From: an uncultured Gemmatimonadales bacterium
GTDB taxonomy: Bacteria > Gemmatimonadota > Gemmatimonadetes > Gemmatimonadales > GWC2-71-9
NCBI GenBank assembly: GCA_963728915.1
Contig: CAVSLV010000001.1
Location: 448,001 to 512,000, forward strand
DNA length: 64,000 nt
Direction of reading: 5' to 3'
Positions 20,149-30,588 of this stretch are shown piece after piece. Each line of letters opens with the position of its first letter. Position 1 is the first letter of the stretch. Made by a program: the position numbers and the translations under genes. A model generated the notes under the pieces. It saw only the letters and a list, made by a program, of their open reading frames with translations. It did not search any database and was not told where the DNA came from.

Positions 20149-21279
20149 ATGAGGCCCGGCCAGCACGGGAAGTCGCCTGCGTTCGTGGTCCTTCAGCGCA
20201 CCCCGTTCAATGGCGGAGCGCCTCCCGCCGACCTCGGCGGTACCAATATCACGCCGACACCGGCCTTCTACGTGCGCGGCCACGGCCCGGTTCCCGCGCT
20301 CGGCCCGGAGGCCGGGACGTTGCATGTCGGCGGGATGGTGGAGCGTCCCATGTCCCTCCGGCTGGAGGAGCTGAAGCGCGAGTTCGCCCAGCGCACCCTG
20401 GAGGTCACGCTGCAGTGCGCGGGTAACCGGCGACGCGAGCTGCACGAGGTCAAGCCGATGCAGGCCAACGCCCTCCTCTGGGCGACCCAAGCCATCGGCA
20501 ACGCGACCTGGACCGGCGTCGAGCTGGGCGACGTGCTGAGAGCGGCCGGGGTCCAGCCTGGAGCAGCGCACCTGGCGATGAGCGGCAACGATCTCGGCGC
20601 AGCGCCCGACGGCGGCGGGTTCGGGGCCTCGATCCCGCTGGCCAAAGCCATGCAGCCGGGGACGCTGCTGGCCTGGGCGATGAACGGCGAGCCGTTGCCC
20701 CAGATTCACGGAGCGCCGCTCCGGGCCATCGTCCCGGGATTCATCGCCGCGCGCAGCGTGAAATGGCTCACCCACATCACCGTGCAGGACCAGCCGTCGA
20801 GCAATCACTTCCAGGCGAACGACTACAAGACGTTCCCGCCGGACGTGAACGAGGAGAATGTCGAGTGGGCCGCCGGCACGATGCTGGGCCATCACGCCAC
20901 GCACGGAGCAATCCTGTCCCCGGGCGAAGGCGATACGGTCAGGGCAGGGCGGGTCCGTCTGCGCGGCTACGCCCTGGCCGCCGGAGATGCGGTGATAACA
21001 CGCGTCGAAGTGTCGCTCGACGGCGGCGCGACCTGGCAGCCGGGCAGCTTCGAGTCCCCGCCGCGGCGCTGGGTGTGGGCGCTGTGGTCGGCGGACATCG
21101 ATCTGCCGGTGGGCGGGCACACCCTGATCCTCCGGGTACACGACAGCGCCGGCGCGGTGCAGCCGCGCCGCCCCGCCGACATCTGGAACTTTCGGGGCTA
21201 CCAGAACAACGCCTGGCATTGGGTACGCATTCAGACCGAACGAAAGTCTCCCGGAATGCGCGGGCCGCCGGTTGGCTAG
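20149..21279 (+). CDS. Sulfite oxidase-like molybdopterin oxidoreductase
   Basis: FYVRGHG, TLQCAGNRR, IGNATWTGV, AMNGEPLPQIHGAPLRAIVPG...SVKWL, WNFRGYQNNAWH. Confidence 0.92.
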   Translation: MRPGQHGKSPAFVVLQRTPFNGGAPPADLGGTNITPTPAFYVRGHGPVPALGPEAGTLHVGGMVERPMSLRLEELKREFAQRTLEVTLQCAGNRRRELHEVKPMQANALLWATQAIGNATWTGVELGDVLRAAGVQPGAAHLAMSGNDLGAAPDGGGFGASIPLAKAMQPGTLLAWAMNGEPLPQIHGAPLRAIVPGFIAARSVKWLTHITVQDQPSSNHFQANDYKTFPPDVNEENVEWAAGTMLGHHATHGAILSPGEGDTVRAGRVRLRGYALAAGDAVITRVEVSLDGGATWQPGSFESPPRRWVWALWSADIDLPVGGHTLILRVHDSAGAVQPRRPADIWNFRGYQNNAWHWVRIQTERKSPGMRGPPVG

Positions 21280-21286
21280 GCCGTTC

Positions 21287-22372
21287 CTACCTCTTCCCCG
21301 CGATCAGGCCCACAAGGTCGGTGTGCACAGAGATCTGCATCGCGACAGCGTAGCCGTCCGGGAACGATGTCTCTCCGACCTGGTGCGCCGGCCAGTGGTC
21401 TTTCCGCAGTGACGCCTTGAGCAGCACGTCGGGGCTCCAGCGATAGCCGACGCCCGCCTCGCCGTTCATCTGCGTCGTCGCTGTCCCGACCCAGAATTGC
21501 GGGCTTACCGCCAGCACGAACGGATAGCGGTTGTGCTCGAAGCGGCCGGCGACGAAGAGCCGGGGCGAAAGCGTCGCCTTGAGCTCTCCGTACCAGCCCA
21601 GCCCATGAACCGCGTCGGTCATGGTGGGGACCTGGTAGGACGACCACGCCGCCTCGAAACGTGCCTCGAGGTAGCCCACACTGAGCCGCGCGTCGCCGGT
21701 CACCACCGTCTGCTGGAAGTCCTGCCACCGGGTTCCCGCCGGCATGTTGGCGTCGCTCTCCGGGCCGAGGTACGGTCCGTGGGTGAAACCGGTGCCGAGG
21801 CGAAGCTCCGGTCCCAGAGTCACGCCGAGGCCCAGCACCGGGCGTACCCGCTGTCCCGGCTCGGGCGTGTAGCGTTCGTTCACCGCGGGGAGCGAGACCG
21901 CTGCCGCGGTGTAATCCACCGCGCCGATCGCGCCGGTGGTCTGCACGCCCCAGGGGTAGGAGCCCGGATAGAGATCGGGAGCCCCGATCACCGGGTTGGT
22001 GTTGGAGAAGCGGCGCGGTCCGAACTCGCCCAGGGGAAGCAGGATCTTCCCGGCTTCGATCGTGAGGCCCCGTGAGTGGAGCCATCGGGCCGAGAGCAGT
22101 TCAACCTCCGTTTCCACCTCGCCGTCCGCGCCGGTGGTTCCTTCGACGTATCCGATTGTTCGCAGCTCGAGCGATGCCGCCGGGCGGTAGATCATCCAGC
22201 CGCGGACTCGGGCCGTGCCCATCGGGTTCCCATGGTTCTGGGCGAGGAGCCGGGAGCCGGAATCGGACTTCCAGAGCTCGAAGTCGGTGAGCGTTTCCAT
22301 CGCCGGCCGCTGAGCCTGGACGTTGACGGCCAGCAGCATGAGGGCGAGGGCGGGAACGATGAAGCGGCGCAT
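21287..22372 (-). CDS. Putative outer-membrane porin-like protein
   Basis: Signal peptide; IEAGKILLPLGEF...NPVIG; amphipathic strands (GWYGELKATL, EAGVGYRWSPDVLLKASL). Confidence 0.55.
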   Translation of the reverse strand: MRRFIVPALALMLLAVNVQAQRPAMETLTDFELWKSDSGSRLLAQNHGNPMGTARVRGWMIYRPAASLELRTIGYVEGTTGADGEVETEVELLSARWLHSRGLTIEAGKILLPLGEFGPRRFSNTNPVIGAPDLYPGSYPWGVQTTGAIGAVDYTAAAVSLPAVNERYTPEPGQRVRPVLGLGVTLGPELRLGTGFTHGPYLGPESDANMPAGTRWQDFQQTVVTGDARLSVGYLEARFEAAWSSYQVPTMTDAVHGLGWYGELKATLSPRLFVAGRFEHNRYPFVLAVSPQFWVGTATTQMNGEAGVGYRWSPDVLLKASLRKDHWPAHQVGETSFPDGYAVAMQISVHTDLVGLIAGKR

Positions 22373-22374
22373 GG

Positions 22375-24759
22375 CTAGGCGCGCTCCGGTGCGGTCACCG
22401 GCAGGTCGAGGATCTCGCGCACCGCTCGGGTCAGCTGGTCCGGCAGAATGGGTTTCTGGAGGAACACCGATTCGGGTGTCAGCACGCCGCGGCGCTCGAC
22501 CGCCTCGCTCGAATACCCCGAGACGAACAGCACCGGCAGGCCGGGACGCAGTGCGGTGAGCTGCTCGGCCAGCTCCTTGCCGGACACCAGCGGCATGACC
22601 ACGTCGGTGATCAGCAGGTCGATCGGCCCGTCGTACGCCGCGGCCAGCTCGAGCGCCTCGCGGCCGTGGCTGGCCTCGAGCACGTTGTACCCCTCCCGAG
22701 CCAGGGCGCGCCGCATCAGCTCGCGGACTTCGCCCTGGTCCTCCGCGATCAGGATTGTTTCGGTCCCCGCCAACGACTCCACCGCGGCCTCGGCGTCACC
22801 CGCCTCAGGGCGCGGCGCCCCAGCGGCGGGGAAGTAGCAGCGGAACACGCTGCCCCGGCCCGGCTCGCTGAAGACGGTGATGTTCCCATCGGATTGCCGC
22901 ACGATGCCATACACGGTGGCGAGGCCGAGCCCGGTGCCCTGACCGATCGGTTTGGTGGTGAAGAACGGCTCGAAGATGCGCTGCCGCGTAACGGCGTCCA
23001 TGCCGGTTCCGGTATCCCGGATGGCCAGCATCACCGCGGGGCCGGCGGGCATCGGCAATCCGCCGCCGGCCTCCTCCAGCATCACGTTCGCTGTTTCGAT
23101 CGTCAGGGTGCCGCCTTCCGGCATGGCGTCCTTTGCGTTGACCGCCAGGTTCAGGATGACCTGCTCGAGTTGTCCGGGGTCGGCCATGACGCGGCCGAGC
23201 TCGGCGCCCAGGCGGACCTGCAGCGTCACGTTCTCCCCCAGCAGCGGGCGCAGCAGCGCCTTCATCCCGGTGATGACCCGGTTGCAGTCCACGATCTGGG
23301 GCTGGAGCACCTGCTTGCGGCCGAACGCCAGCAGCTGGCGCACCAGGGTCCGGGCCCGTTCGCCGGCCTCGCTGATCTGCTGCACGTCGGCGCGATGCTG
23401 GCTCTCGGCCGGCAAATCGCTGACGATGAACTGGGAGTAGCCCAGAATGACCGATAGCAGATTGTTGAAGTCGTGGGCCACGCCACCGGCCAAGGCGCCC
23501 AAGGCCTCCAGCTTCTGCGACTGGCGGAGTTGCTCCTCGCTGTGGCGAAGGGCGCTCTCGGCGCGCTCCCGCTCGGCCACCTGAAGCCGAAGGGCATCGT
23601 TGGTGAGCGCCAGATCGGCCGAGCTCTTCTCCAGCTCCTGTCGCCCGCGGTTGAGTGAACTGATCAGCCGGTTGTAGGCGTCGGTGAGCGTGGCGACCTC
23701 TGCCGGGCTGTGCGGCTCCTCGAACGCCGCCGAAGCGCCGGTCGCGGCGCCCTTCCGGAGAAACACCACGAAGCGGGAGAGTGGCCGGAGCGCCGAGCGC
23801 GACACCAGCGAACCGCCCGCACCCACCAGCACCACGGCCAGCACTCCGGCCAGCAGGAACCGCTGGGCCAGGGAGCGGCTGATGGGAGTCACCGAGGCCG
23901 TGAGCGAGCGCATGAGGAAGAGCACCACCGGGCGCCCGTCGAAGCCTCGCCCGAGCGGCAGGCTCGCCGTCACGTAGTCCTCTCCGTCGAGCCGCAGCAC
24001 CGAGGTCGAGTCGTCTTTCCCGGGGGATCGGAATTCCCAGGGCGTGCCCGGAGGAGCTCGGCCAAGCGTGGAGGCGACGACGACCCCGCCGGCGGTCACC
24101 ACGCCTCGCATACCGCCCGGCTCGTCCGAGCGGGGCAGCAGGCTGTCCACCAGCTCGCCCAGCATCAGACCCCCGATGGGAAAGCCGTCCACCAGGATGG
24201 CCACCGAGCCCACTGAGAGCAGCGATCCCTTCGCCCGAAGCACGCCCAGCGCGGAATCCGGAGTGACCGAGTCCCCGAGAAGACTGGCGCGGAGCGCGGG
24301 AAACTGCATCAGCGAGTCTCCGCGCACCGGGCGCCCCGCCGGACCGACCGACGCGACGACCCGGCCGCCCTCATCAGTGACCAGCAGGAGGTCCCGGTCG
24401 AGGTCGGCGAAGATCTTCTCGGCTTCGCGCTGGATGGTGGCGAGGGCGACGCTGTCCCTGGCATCGGAGTGCCAGGTCTGGAGCGCCGCGCGCAATGTCG
24501 GACTGGTCGAGGCGAGCGACGATGACGCCAGGAGGAGGTGGAGGTTCCGGTCCTGGAGGTGGCGGAGCGCGGCCTGGCTGGCGCCCAGCTCGGCGACCAG
24601 GGCGCGCCGCACATCCGCTTCGGTGCGAATGCTGAGCACTCCGAAGGCGGCTCCCACCACCAGCGCGGTGAGCACTGCGCCGAGCAGCGCCAGCTTGACG
24701 CGGAGCGATGTTTCACGCACCCGCACCATCAGCCGGAGCGGTCCGGATCCCGGCATCAT
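22375..24759 (-). CDS. Hybrid sensor histidine kinase (TM-sensor-TM-HAMP-HisKA-HATPase-receiver)
   Basis: [42 protein letters not shown]; receiver ILIAED...LLITDVVMP...FLQKP. Confidence 0.95.
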   Translation of the reverse strand: MMPGSGPLRLMVRVRETSLRVKLALLGAVLTALVVGAAFGVLSIRTEADVRRALVAELGASQAALRHLQDRNLHLLLASSSLASTSPTLRAALQTWHSDARDSVALATIQREAEKIFADLDRDLLLVTDEGGRVVASVGPAGRPVRGDSLMQFPALRASLLGDSVTPDSALGVLRAKGSLLSVGSVAILVDGFPIGGLMLGELVDSLLPRSDEPGGMRGVVTAGGVVVASTLGRAPPGTPWEFRSPGKDDSTSVLRLDGEDYVTASLPLGRGFDGRPVVLFLMRSLTASVTPISRSLAQRFLLAGVLAVVLVGAGGSLVSRSALRPLSRFVVFLRKGAATGASAAFEEPHSPAEVATLTDAYNRLISSLNRGRQELEKSSADLALTNDALRLQVAERERAESALRHSEEQLRQSQKLEALGALAGGVAHDFNNLLSVILGYSQFIVSDLPAESQHRADVQQISEAGERARTLVRQLLAFGRKQVLQPQIVDCNRVITGMKALLRPLLGENVTLQVRLGAELGRVMADPGQLEQVILNLAVNAKDAMPEGGTLTIETANVMLEEAGGGLPMPAGPAVMLAIRDTGTGMDAVTRQRIFEPFFTTKPIGQGTGLGLATVYGIVRQSDGNITVFSEPGRGSVFRCYFPAAGAPRPEAGDAEAAVESLAGTETILIAEDQGEVRELMRRALAREGYNVLEASHGREALELAAAYDGPIDLLITDVVMPLVSGKELAEQLTALRPGLPVLFVSGYSSEAVERRGVLTPESVFLQKPILPDQLTRAVREILDLPVTAPERA

Positions 24760-25475
24760 GGGCCTGGTTGGTCGATGAAGGGAAGTCGCACGTTGATCGT
24801 GGTGGCGCGGCCCCCATCCACGTGCACCGGCACGGTGAAGGGCCGGATCCGCTCGTGCCAGGCGACCAGCCGGTAGTCACCCGGCGGCACGCCCTCCAGC
24901 GCGAAGCGGCCGGCGGAATCGGGGATCACGAAGAAAGGGTGGTCCAGCACCACGATGTAGGCGCTCATGTCGGCGTGGATGTGACAGAACACCGGCACCA
25001 CGCCCGCGGTCTCGAAGGTGACCGGCCGCGAAGCGCCCCTTGGATAGCGGCCCAGGTCGAAGGTCTTCACCCGGGACAGCGAGAACACGTTGTGGAAGAG
25101 CGGATCGTCGTTGGGGAACTGCACCGTGGTTCCGGTACGAATGGCCAGCACGTGAGGCACGAACCGCTCACCGCTCTGGCGCAGCTCGGGTGCTCGCACG
25201 CCGGAAACGGCGCGGGTTACTTGCCGAAGCGAAGGAGTAGACTCGAGGTAGAGGACTACGTTGGCGAGCGGGTCCGGGTCCCGGTGCAGCTTGGCCGGCG
25301 GGGTACCCGGCTCGTCGTACACCCGCACCCGAGAGCGAGGGACGACGAGGCTGTTGGCGATGCTGGCCACGCCCTCGATGCGCCCGGTCTCCTGCGACTG
25401 GCTGGCGAGCCTGGGCCGGTCCCGAGAGGGGCCGAGGATCAGGAGTGCGGCAAGCACGGGAAGGCGGGGGCTCAT
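24756..25475 (-). CDS. Exported cupredoxin-like (MauL-like) protein with a carboxypeptidase-regulatory-like C-terminus
   Basis: FVPHVLAI..GTTVQFPNDDPLFHNVFS...VFCHIHADM; GRFALEGVPPGDYRLVAWH. Confidence 0.8.
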   Translation of the reverse strand: MSPRLPVLAALLILGPSRDRPRLASQSQETGRIEGVASIANSLVVPRSRVRVYDEPGTPPAKLHRDPDPLANVVLYLESTPSLRQVTRAVSGVRAPELRQSGERFVPHVLAIRTGTTVQFPNDDPLFHNVFSLSRVKTFDLGRYPRGASRPVTFETAGVVPVFCHIHADMSAYIVVLDHPFFVIPDSAGRFALEGVPPGDYRLVAWHERIRPFTVPVHVDGGRATTINVRLPFIDQPGP

Positions 25476-25685
25476 GAAAGGGCGGAATGCAGAAAGTGGG
25501 CCTTCGGCTAACGCTGGTTACCGCAAGAACTTCGGTCTCCGAGATCGGGAGTTTTCTTCTCGACTTTTGGTAGAGGGCCGCAGATTGAGCGGACCTTCTG
25601 ACCTTTCCTTCGCCGAGGACCAGTTGGCAACCCCGCGGGCAAGCCCGATGCAGGGCAGGGTGGAGATGGCGATTGCCGGGAGTGC

Positions 25686-26906
25686 TCAGGTCGTAGCGCC
25701 GCTTCCCGGCACGCAATCCAGGCCCGCATTGCGCTGGACCGACAGGGTGTAGCTGCCCGATCGCGCCACCCGGATCTCGATGTTTCCGTGAACGCTGGTG
25801 CAGTAGGTCTGATTGCCAGGCTGGGCCAGGAGCCGGTTGAGCGCATTGATGCGGGGATGCGTGGTCCCGTTGCTCGAAACGATGGACACCTCCGGCAAGG
25901 TCTGGTCCAGCCAGGTGGCATTCCCGCTGAAGCCATTGTCGAAGATGGCGTTGTTCGCCCCGTGGTGACCCACCTTGAGCACGGTGACGTGCTGAATCAG
26001 CGAGGGGAACGTCGCGCGCCAGTGATTGTTCGCCGCGACTTCTCCATCGCCTGTGAAGAGCATCGAGAAGCTTCCCAGATCCAGACGTGCGCCCACCGAG
26101 CCGTCGTTGAGCAACGTCGCATCGTCGGTGCTCGCGTTCAGGTAGGTGGTGAGCGGCGGGATGAAGGTGAGGTGCGACGGGACGGCGGCGAAACCGAGCT
26201 GATAATCCCGCAGGCCCGTGACCACGATCACGCTGTCCGCCACCAGCGCCGCCTGGCTCAGCACGCTGTTGTACGAGGCCAGGTTCCGAACCTGGCCGTT
26301 GTAGAGAAAGCGCCGGACCCGCGCGCCGGACAGCACGGGGGACATCCCGCCGTAGTGATCGCCATGGGCGTGGGTGAGCAGCAGGAAGGCGAGCGTGTCG
26401 GCATGAAGCGCCGCGAGCTGCCGGGCCACGAACCCGGGATCGCTGCCGTTGGCGCCCGCAGGCCCCGCGTCGACGAGGGCATTGACCACACCGGCCCCGC
26501 TGGAATCGGACACCAGGATCGCGTCGCCTCCCCCGCCTTCGTCGTTCGCCCCGAGGTTGAACATCCGGATGATCAGCACGCCGCCGGCGGGAGCCCGGAT
26601 GGTGAAGTGCACGGTGAGCGTGGCGCTCACCAGTCCGACGTGGGCCGAGACTTCCAGCACGTGCGGGCCGGGGAGGCTGACGTTCGAGCCGGAGCTGAAG
26701 GCCTCCCCATCGAGCTGAGCCTGATAGGCGCCGCGGTCAATGCTCACCTGGAGCATGACGGGTGGGTCGTAGATGCCACCCTCGCTGACGCCGGACACGG
26801 TGATGTGGGGAGGCTCGGGGAGGTCGTCAGGGCCGCTCGCGGTCGCGCAGCCCAGGACCAGCAGCGCCAGGCCCGAGCCGATGAGGCCGGGGGAAACACG
26901 CGACAT
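25686..26906 (-). CDS. Lipoprotein with a ComEC/Rec2-type metallo-beta-lactamase (nuclease-like) domain
   Basis: Lipobox VLGC; GDAIL, LVDAG, LTHAHGDHYGG, NDGS, LFTGD, LKVGHHG, HP motifs. Confidence 0.85.
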   Translation of the reverse strand: MSRVSPGLIGSGLALLVLGCATASGPDDLPEPPHITVSGVSEGGIYDPPVMLQVSIDRGAYQAQLDGEAFSSGSNVSLPGPHVLEVSAHVGLVSATLTVHFTIRAPAGGVLIIRMFNLGANDEGGGGDAILVSDSSGAGVVNALVDAGPAGANGSDPGFVARQLAALHADTLAFLLLTHAHGDHYGGMSPVLSGARVRRFLYNGQVRNLASYNSVLSQAALVADSVIVVTGLRDYQLGFAAVPSHLTFIPPLTTYLNASTDDATLLNDGSVGARLDLGSFSMLFTGDGEVAANNHWRATFPSLIQHVTVLKVGHHGANNAIFDNGFSGNATWLDQTLPEVSIVSSNGTTHPRINALNRLLAQPGNQTYCTSVHGNIEIRVARSGSYTLSVQRNAGLDCVPGSGATT

Positions 26907-27064
26907 TCGCGAATGTTAATGCAGGTCCAACCGGAAGCCCTCACGCGAGCTATGTAACGGGATGGCAACGGAGCAGCTTGACACTCTCAGTATTTCTTAA
27001 TAACCTAGCGGCGCAAACGCCGCACCCCACCGTTCCGGTCCTTCGCGCAGTTGGGGAGCCCTCC

Positions 27065-29551
27065 ATGCTTCGCAGGACAGCACAGCTCGGCATGCTCTTC
27101 TCCGCCCTTGCCCTGGCGGCCTGTAACAGCGACGTGCTGCCGGCCGGGACCGCCGGCACGGTCACGGTGCGGGTCTACGTTGACGCCGATGGCAGCGCTG
27201 ATTTCAGCGCGGGAGACCCCGTCTTCACGGCGACCGTGACCCTGCTGGGCGCGGGCGGCGCCTCGCAGGAAGCCAGCACCGACGCCGGCGGCATCGCCTC
27301 CTTCAGCTCGGTGATGCCTGGCAGCTACAGCGCCACGCTGAGCGGAAGCGTTCCGGCGGGCGCCGTGCTGGCCTCCGCGGAGAGCCCCACCATCGTGGTT
27401 CCTTTCGGGGGTGGGGAGGTCGCGGCGCAGTTCCGCTATGTCTTCAATCCCGGCACCGTCAGTGGTGTGCTGTTCCGCGACGATAACGGCAACGGCGTTT
27501 TCGATCCGGGAACCGACACGCCCGCTCCCGGCATGCAGGCGGATCTCTTTGCCGGCGCCAGCGCGACCGGAACGCCGGTGGCGACCACCACGACGGGCAG
27601 CGGGGGCGAGTTCCAGTTCACCACGGTGCGCCCGGGGTCCTACACCCTCAAGGTGACGGCGATCCCGACGATCCAGATCGTCGGCGGCGAGACCCGCGCC
27701 ATCACGGTGGACGCGCAGGGGGCGGCGGAGGTTCCGGTGCAGTTTACCGGGAACCTGCTGATCTCCATCGCGCAGGTGCGCAGCGCGCCGGTGGGGATGA
27801 CGGTGGCGTTCGAGGGCACCGCCACGGTGAATGCCGCGATCACCGGAAGCAACCAGCTCTACGTCCAGGATGCCAATGCCGGCGTCCTGGTGTTTGGAGC
27901 CCCGACGGCCGGGATCGTGGCGGGTGACCAGGTCCGGGTCGTGGGCGCAGTGGCGATCTTCAATGGGGAGCTGGAGATCGCGGCGCCGTCGGGCGGAACC
28001 CTCAGCGTCACCAAGCTGAGCAGTGGGGCGGTTCCCGCGCCCCGCTCACTCACGGTTCCCCAGGTTCTCTCCAACCAGTACCTGGGCCAGCTGGTGAGCC
28101 TCCTTGGGTTGCGGGTCCGCAGCGTCGCCACGACCGGCGCCACCTCCTACAACGTGAATGTCGTTGGGGATATGCCGGCCGATACGTTCCAGGTCCGCAT
28201 CGGCAACAGCAACAACGTCCCCATCCCGGTCGCCTTCTGGGAAGTCGGGCGGAAGTACGACGTCACCGGACTGGTCGGGGTGTTCAACGGGCTGATCCAG
28301 CTCAAGCCCAGAGCCCCCGGCGACGCGATCGCGGGCCTGCTCACCCAGACGATCGCCGAGGCCCGCGCCCATGCCTCGGGCGATACCGTCACGGTGGAGG
28401 GCGTGATCTACGTGGGCACGGCGGTCTACACGCTCGCCTCGGCGGCCAACTGGAACTTCTACATGGAGGACGCCACCGGCGGCACCCAGGTGTTCAACGT
28501 GCCCAACGGGACCAGTTACGCCGCGGGAGACAGCGTGCGGGTGCGGGGGGCGGTGTCGTTCTTCAACGCCGAGTATGAAATCGCACGGTTCAACGCCAGC
28601 TCGCCGCCGGTGATCGACCGGCTCGGCAGCGGGATGATCCCGCACTCGAGGACGCTGTCGGGGATGCAGCTCGCGAGCAAGGCCTTCGACGGGCAGCTGG
28701 TCCGGCTCAGCGGCCTGCAGGTCGTGAGCGTCAGCACTCCGAACGCGAGCGGGGCCTACAACGTGGTCACGACGGCGCCGGATGGGACGGCGGTGACCGC
28801 CCGGATCGATGCGAGTCCGGTGGGCATCGTGAACACCTCGTGGATGGTCGGGATGTCGTACGACGTCACCGGGGCCGCGCTCAACTTCTCGACCAACGGC
28901 ACCAGCTTCACGCCCGAGGTGAAACCCCGTTCGCCGGCGGACGTCGAGCTCTCGACCCCGACCGTCATCAGTATCCTGGCGGCTCGCGCCATCAACAACG
29001 ACACCGTGACGGTGGAAGGCGTGGTGATCGCCGGCCAGGGCACCTTCCGGAGCGACAATGCCTACATCCAGGACGCCACCGGCGGGGTGCAGATCTTCAA
29101 CCTGCCCAGCGGGTTAATGCTCCACACCGGGGACCAGGTGCGGGTGCACGGCAAGATGACGACCTTCAGCAGCGAGAAGGAGATCACCAACAACCTGACC
29201 CCGTCCGATTCCATCCGGGTGACGAAGCTGGGGGACGGCGTCGCGCCCCCGCCGCGGGTGGTCACCGGCGCGGAGTTCGCCGCGCGCACCTATGAAGGGC
29301 AGCTTCTCACCCTGACGGATGTCGCCATCCTGACGGTCGGTACCCCGAGCGGGAGCGGCACCTACACGGTGACCGGGACCGCGGCGGACGGAACCCCGGT
29401 GACCCTGTTCATGTCGGCCCCGGTCGGGAGCGTCCCGCCCCCGGCCACCTTTGCGGTCGGCGCCCACTACGACCTGACCGGCGTGGCGGTGCCCTTCAGC
29501 GGCGCCGCGGAGCTCAAGCCGCGCGGCGCGGCGGACGTGGTGGCGCGATGA
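27065..29551 (+). CDS. Lipoprotein: two SdrD_B-like domains + three tandem OB-fold-pair repeats (YhcR/ExeM-like)
   Basis: Lipobox LAAC; GVLFRDDNGNGVFD; three repeats of [SI..AR...TV.EG...Y.QD...G...F...GD.VRV.G....F..E.EI / GQL..L...YD.TG...KPR...D]. Confidence 0.8.
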   Translation: MLRRTAQLGMLFSALALAACNSDVLPAGTAGTVTVRVYVDADGSADFSAGDPVFTATVTLLGAGGASQEASTDAGGIASFSSVMPGSYSATLSGSVPAGAVLASAESPTIVVPFGGGEVAAQFRYVFNPGTVSGVLFRDDNGNGVFDPGTDTPAPGMQADLFAGASATGTPVATTTTGSGGEFQFTTVRPGSYTLKVTAIPTIQIVGGETRAITVDAQGAAEVPVQFTGNLLISIAQVRSAPVGMTVAFEGTATVNAAITGSNQLYVQDANAGVLVFGAPTAGIVAGDQVRVVGAVAIFNGELEIAAPSGGTLSVTKLSSGAVPAPRSLTVPQVLSNQYLGQLVSLLGLRVRSVATTGATSYNVNVVGDMPADTFQVRIGNSNNVPIPVAFWEVGRKYDVTGLVGVFNGLIQLKPRAPGDAIAGLLTQTIAEARAHASGDTVTVEGVIYVGTAVYTLASAANWNFYMEDATGGTQVFNVPNGTSYAAGDSVRVRGAVSFFNAEYEIARFNASSPPVIDRLGSGMIPHSRTLSGMQLASKAFDGQLVRLSGLQVVSVSTPNASGAYNVVTTAPDGTAVTARIDASPVGIVNTSWMVGMSYDVTGAALNFSTNGTSFTPEVKPRSPADVELSTPTVISILAARAINNDTVTVEGVVIAGQGTFRSDNAYIQDATGGVQIFNLPSGLMLHTGDQVRVHGKMTTFSSEKEITNNLTPSDSIRVTKLGDGVAPPPRVVTGAEFAARTYEGQLLTLTDVAILTVGTPSGSGTYTVTGTAADGTPVTLFMSAPVGSVPPPATFAVGAHYDLTGVAVPFSGAAELKPRGAADVVAR

Positions 29552-30588
29552 CCAGACTGCTTCCCTTGCCCAGGCGTCCCATGCGCTTCCGGGTTCTCTC
29601 CCCGACCCTCGCCCTCCTGGCTGGCGCCGCGGCGGCCTGCGCGCCGGAGCCGGCCCCACCGTTCGAGGTCAACGGCACGGGCAACCTGTCGGGCATTCTC
29701 TATCTGGACCGCGACCGCAGCGGCAGCTTCGATCCTTCCTCGGGCGACAGCGCGCTCGACCATGTGCACCTGCAGGTCTTTTCCCGGGGCACCAGTGAGG
29801 TGCTGGCGGGGGCCGACACCCACAGTGACGCGCAGGGCCGCTTCGCTTTTGCCGGGCTGCCGGCGGGCACCCACTGGCTCGCGATCGACACCGCCGGCAA
29901 CAGCGCGATCGTCGCCTTCTGCAATAACCCGCTGCCGGTGAGCATTTACCTGGACGAGACCACCTTCGCGTCGGTCGATGGCCGGAACGGCTGTGTCATC
30001 AGTATCGCCGACGCCGAGCAGATGTCCATCAACGCGCGGGTCACCGTCCGGGGGACCGTCACCTCCACGCTGGCCCAGATCTCGACCGGAGCGGCCTACC
30101 TCGAAGACGAGACCGGCGGGATCCAGCTCTTCAGCCCCACCGGCCCCGCCTTCGCCATCGGTGACGTCGTGGAAGCCTCGGGCAATCTCGCGGTCTTCTC
30201 CAACGAGCTGGAGCTGACCTCGTCCACCATCAACACCGTGACCCCGGGAACACCGCTCGACCCGTTCGATGTCACCGGGGCGGAGGCCGCGGCTGCGGGC
30301 GGCGACCAGCGGGCCAACCTGCAGGGCCGGCTGGTGCGGATCCGGCACGCCAAGCTGCTCGACGCCTTCACCACGGGCGGGAACCGCAACGCCGAGATCG
30401 ACGACGGCACCTCGACCATCACGATCCGCTATGACAGCCACGTCGTAGCCAATACGTCCACGCTGACGAGCACTTTCAGCGTCGGCAGGTGCTATGACTG
30501 GACCGGGATCCTCAAGGCCTTCACCTCCCCGGCCGTCGAGCTGTTCCCCCGGTCGCTGAGCGACGCAACGGAGGTCCCGTGTCCCTGA
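29548..30588 (+). CDS. Lipoprotein: SdrD_B-like domain + one OB-fold-pair repeat
   Basis: AAAC lipobox; GILYLDRDRSGSFD; ISIADA...VTVRGTVT...YLEDETGGIQLF...GDVVEASG...YDWTG...FPRSLSD. Confidence 0.8.
   Translation: MTRLLPLPRRPMRFRVLSPTLALLAGAAAACAPEPAPPFEVNGTGNLSGILYLDRDRSGSFDPSSGDSALDHVHLQVFSRGTSEVLAGADTHSDAQGRFAFAGLPAGTHWLAIDTAGNSAIVAFCNNPLPVSIYLDETTFASVDGRNGCVISIADAEQMSINARVTVRGTVTSTLAQISTGAAYLEDETGGIQLFSPTGPAFAIGDVVEASGNLAVFSNELELTSSTINTVTPGTPLDPFDVTGAEAAAAGGDQRANLQGRLVRIRHAKLLDAFTTGGNRNAEIDDGTSTITIRYDSHVVANTSTLTSTFSVGRCYDWTGILKAFTSPAVELFPRSLSDATEVPCP

Noticed and set aside
25476..25685. Possible riboswitch upstream of the cupredoxin operon
   Set aside because: No recognisable conserved aptamer motif by eye
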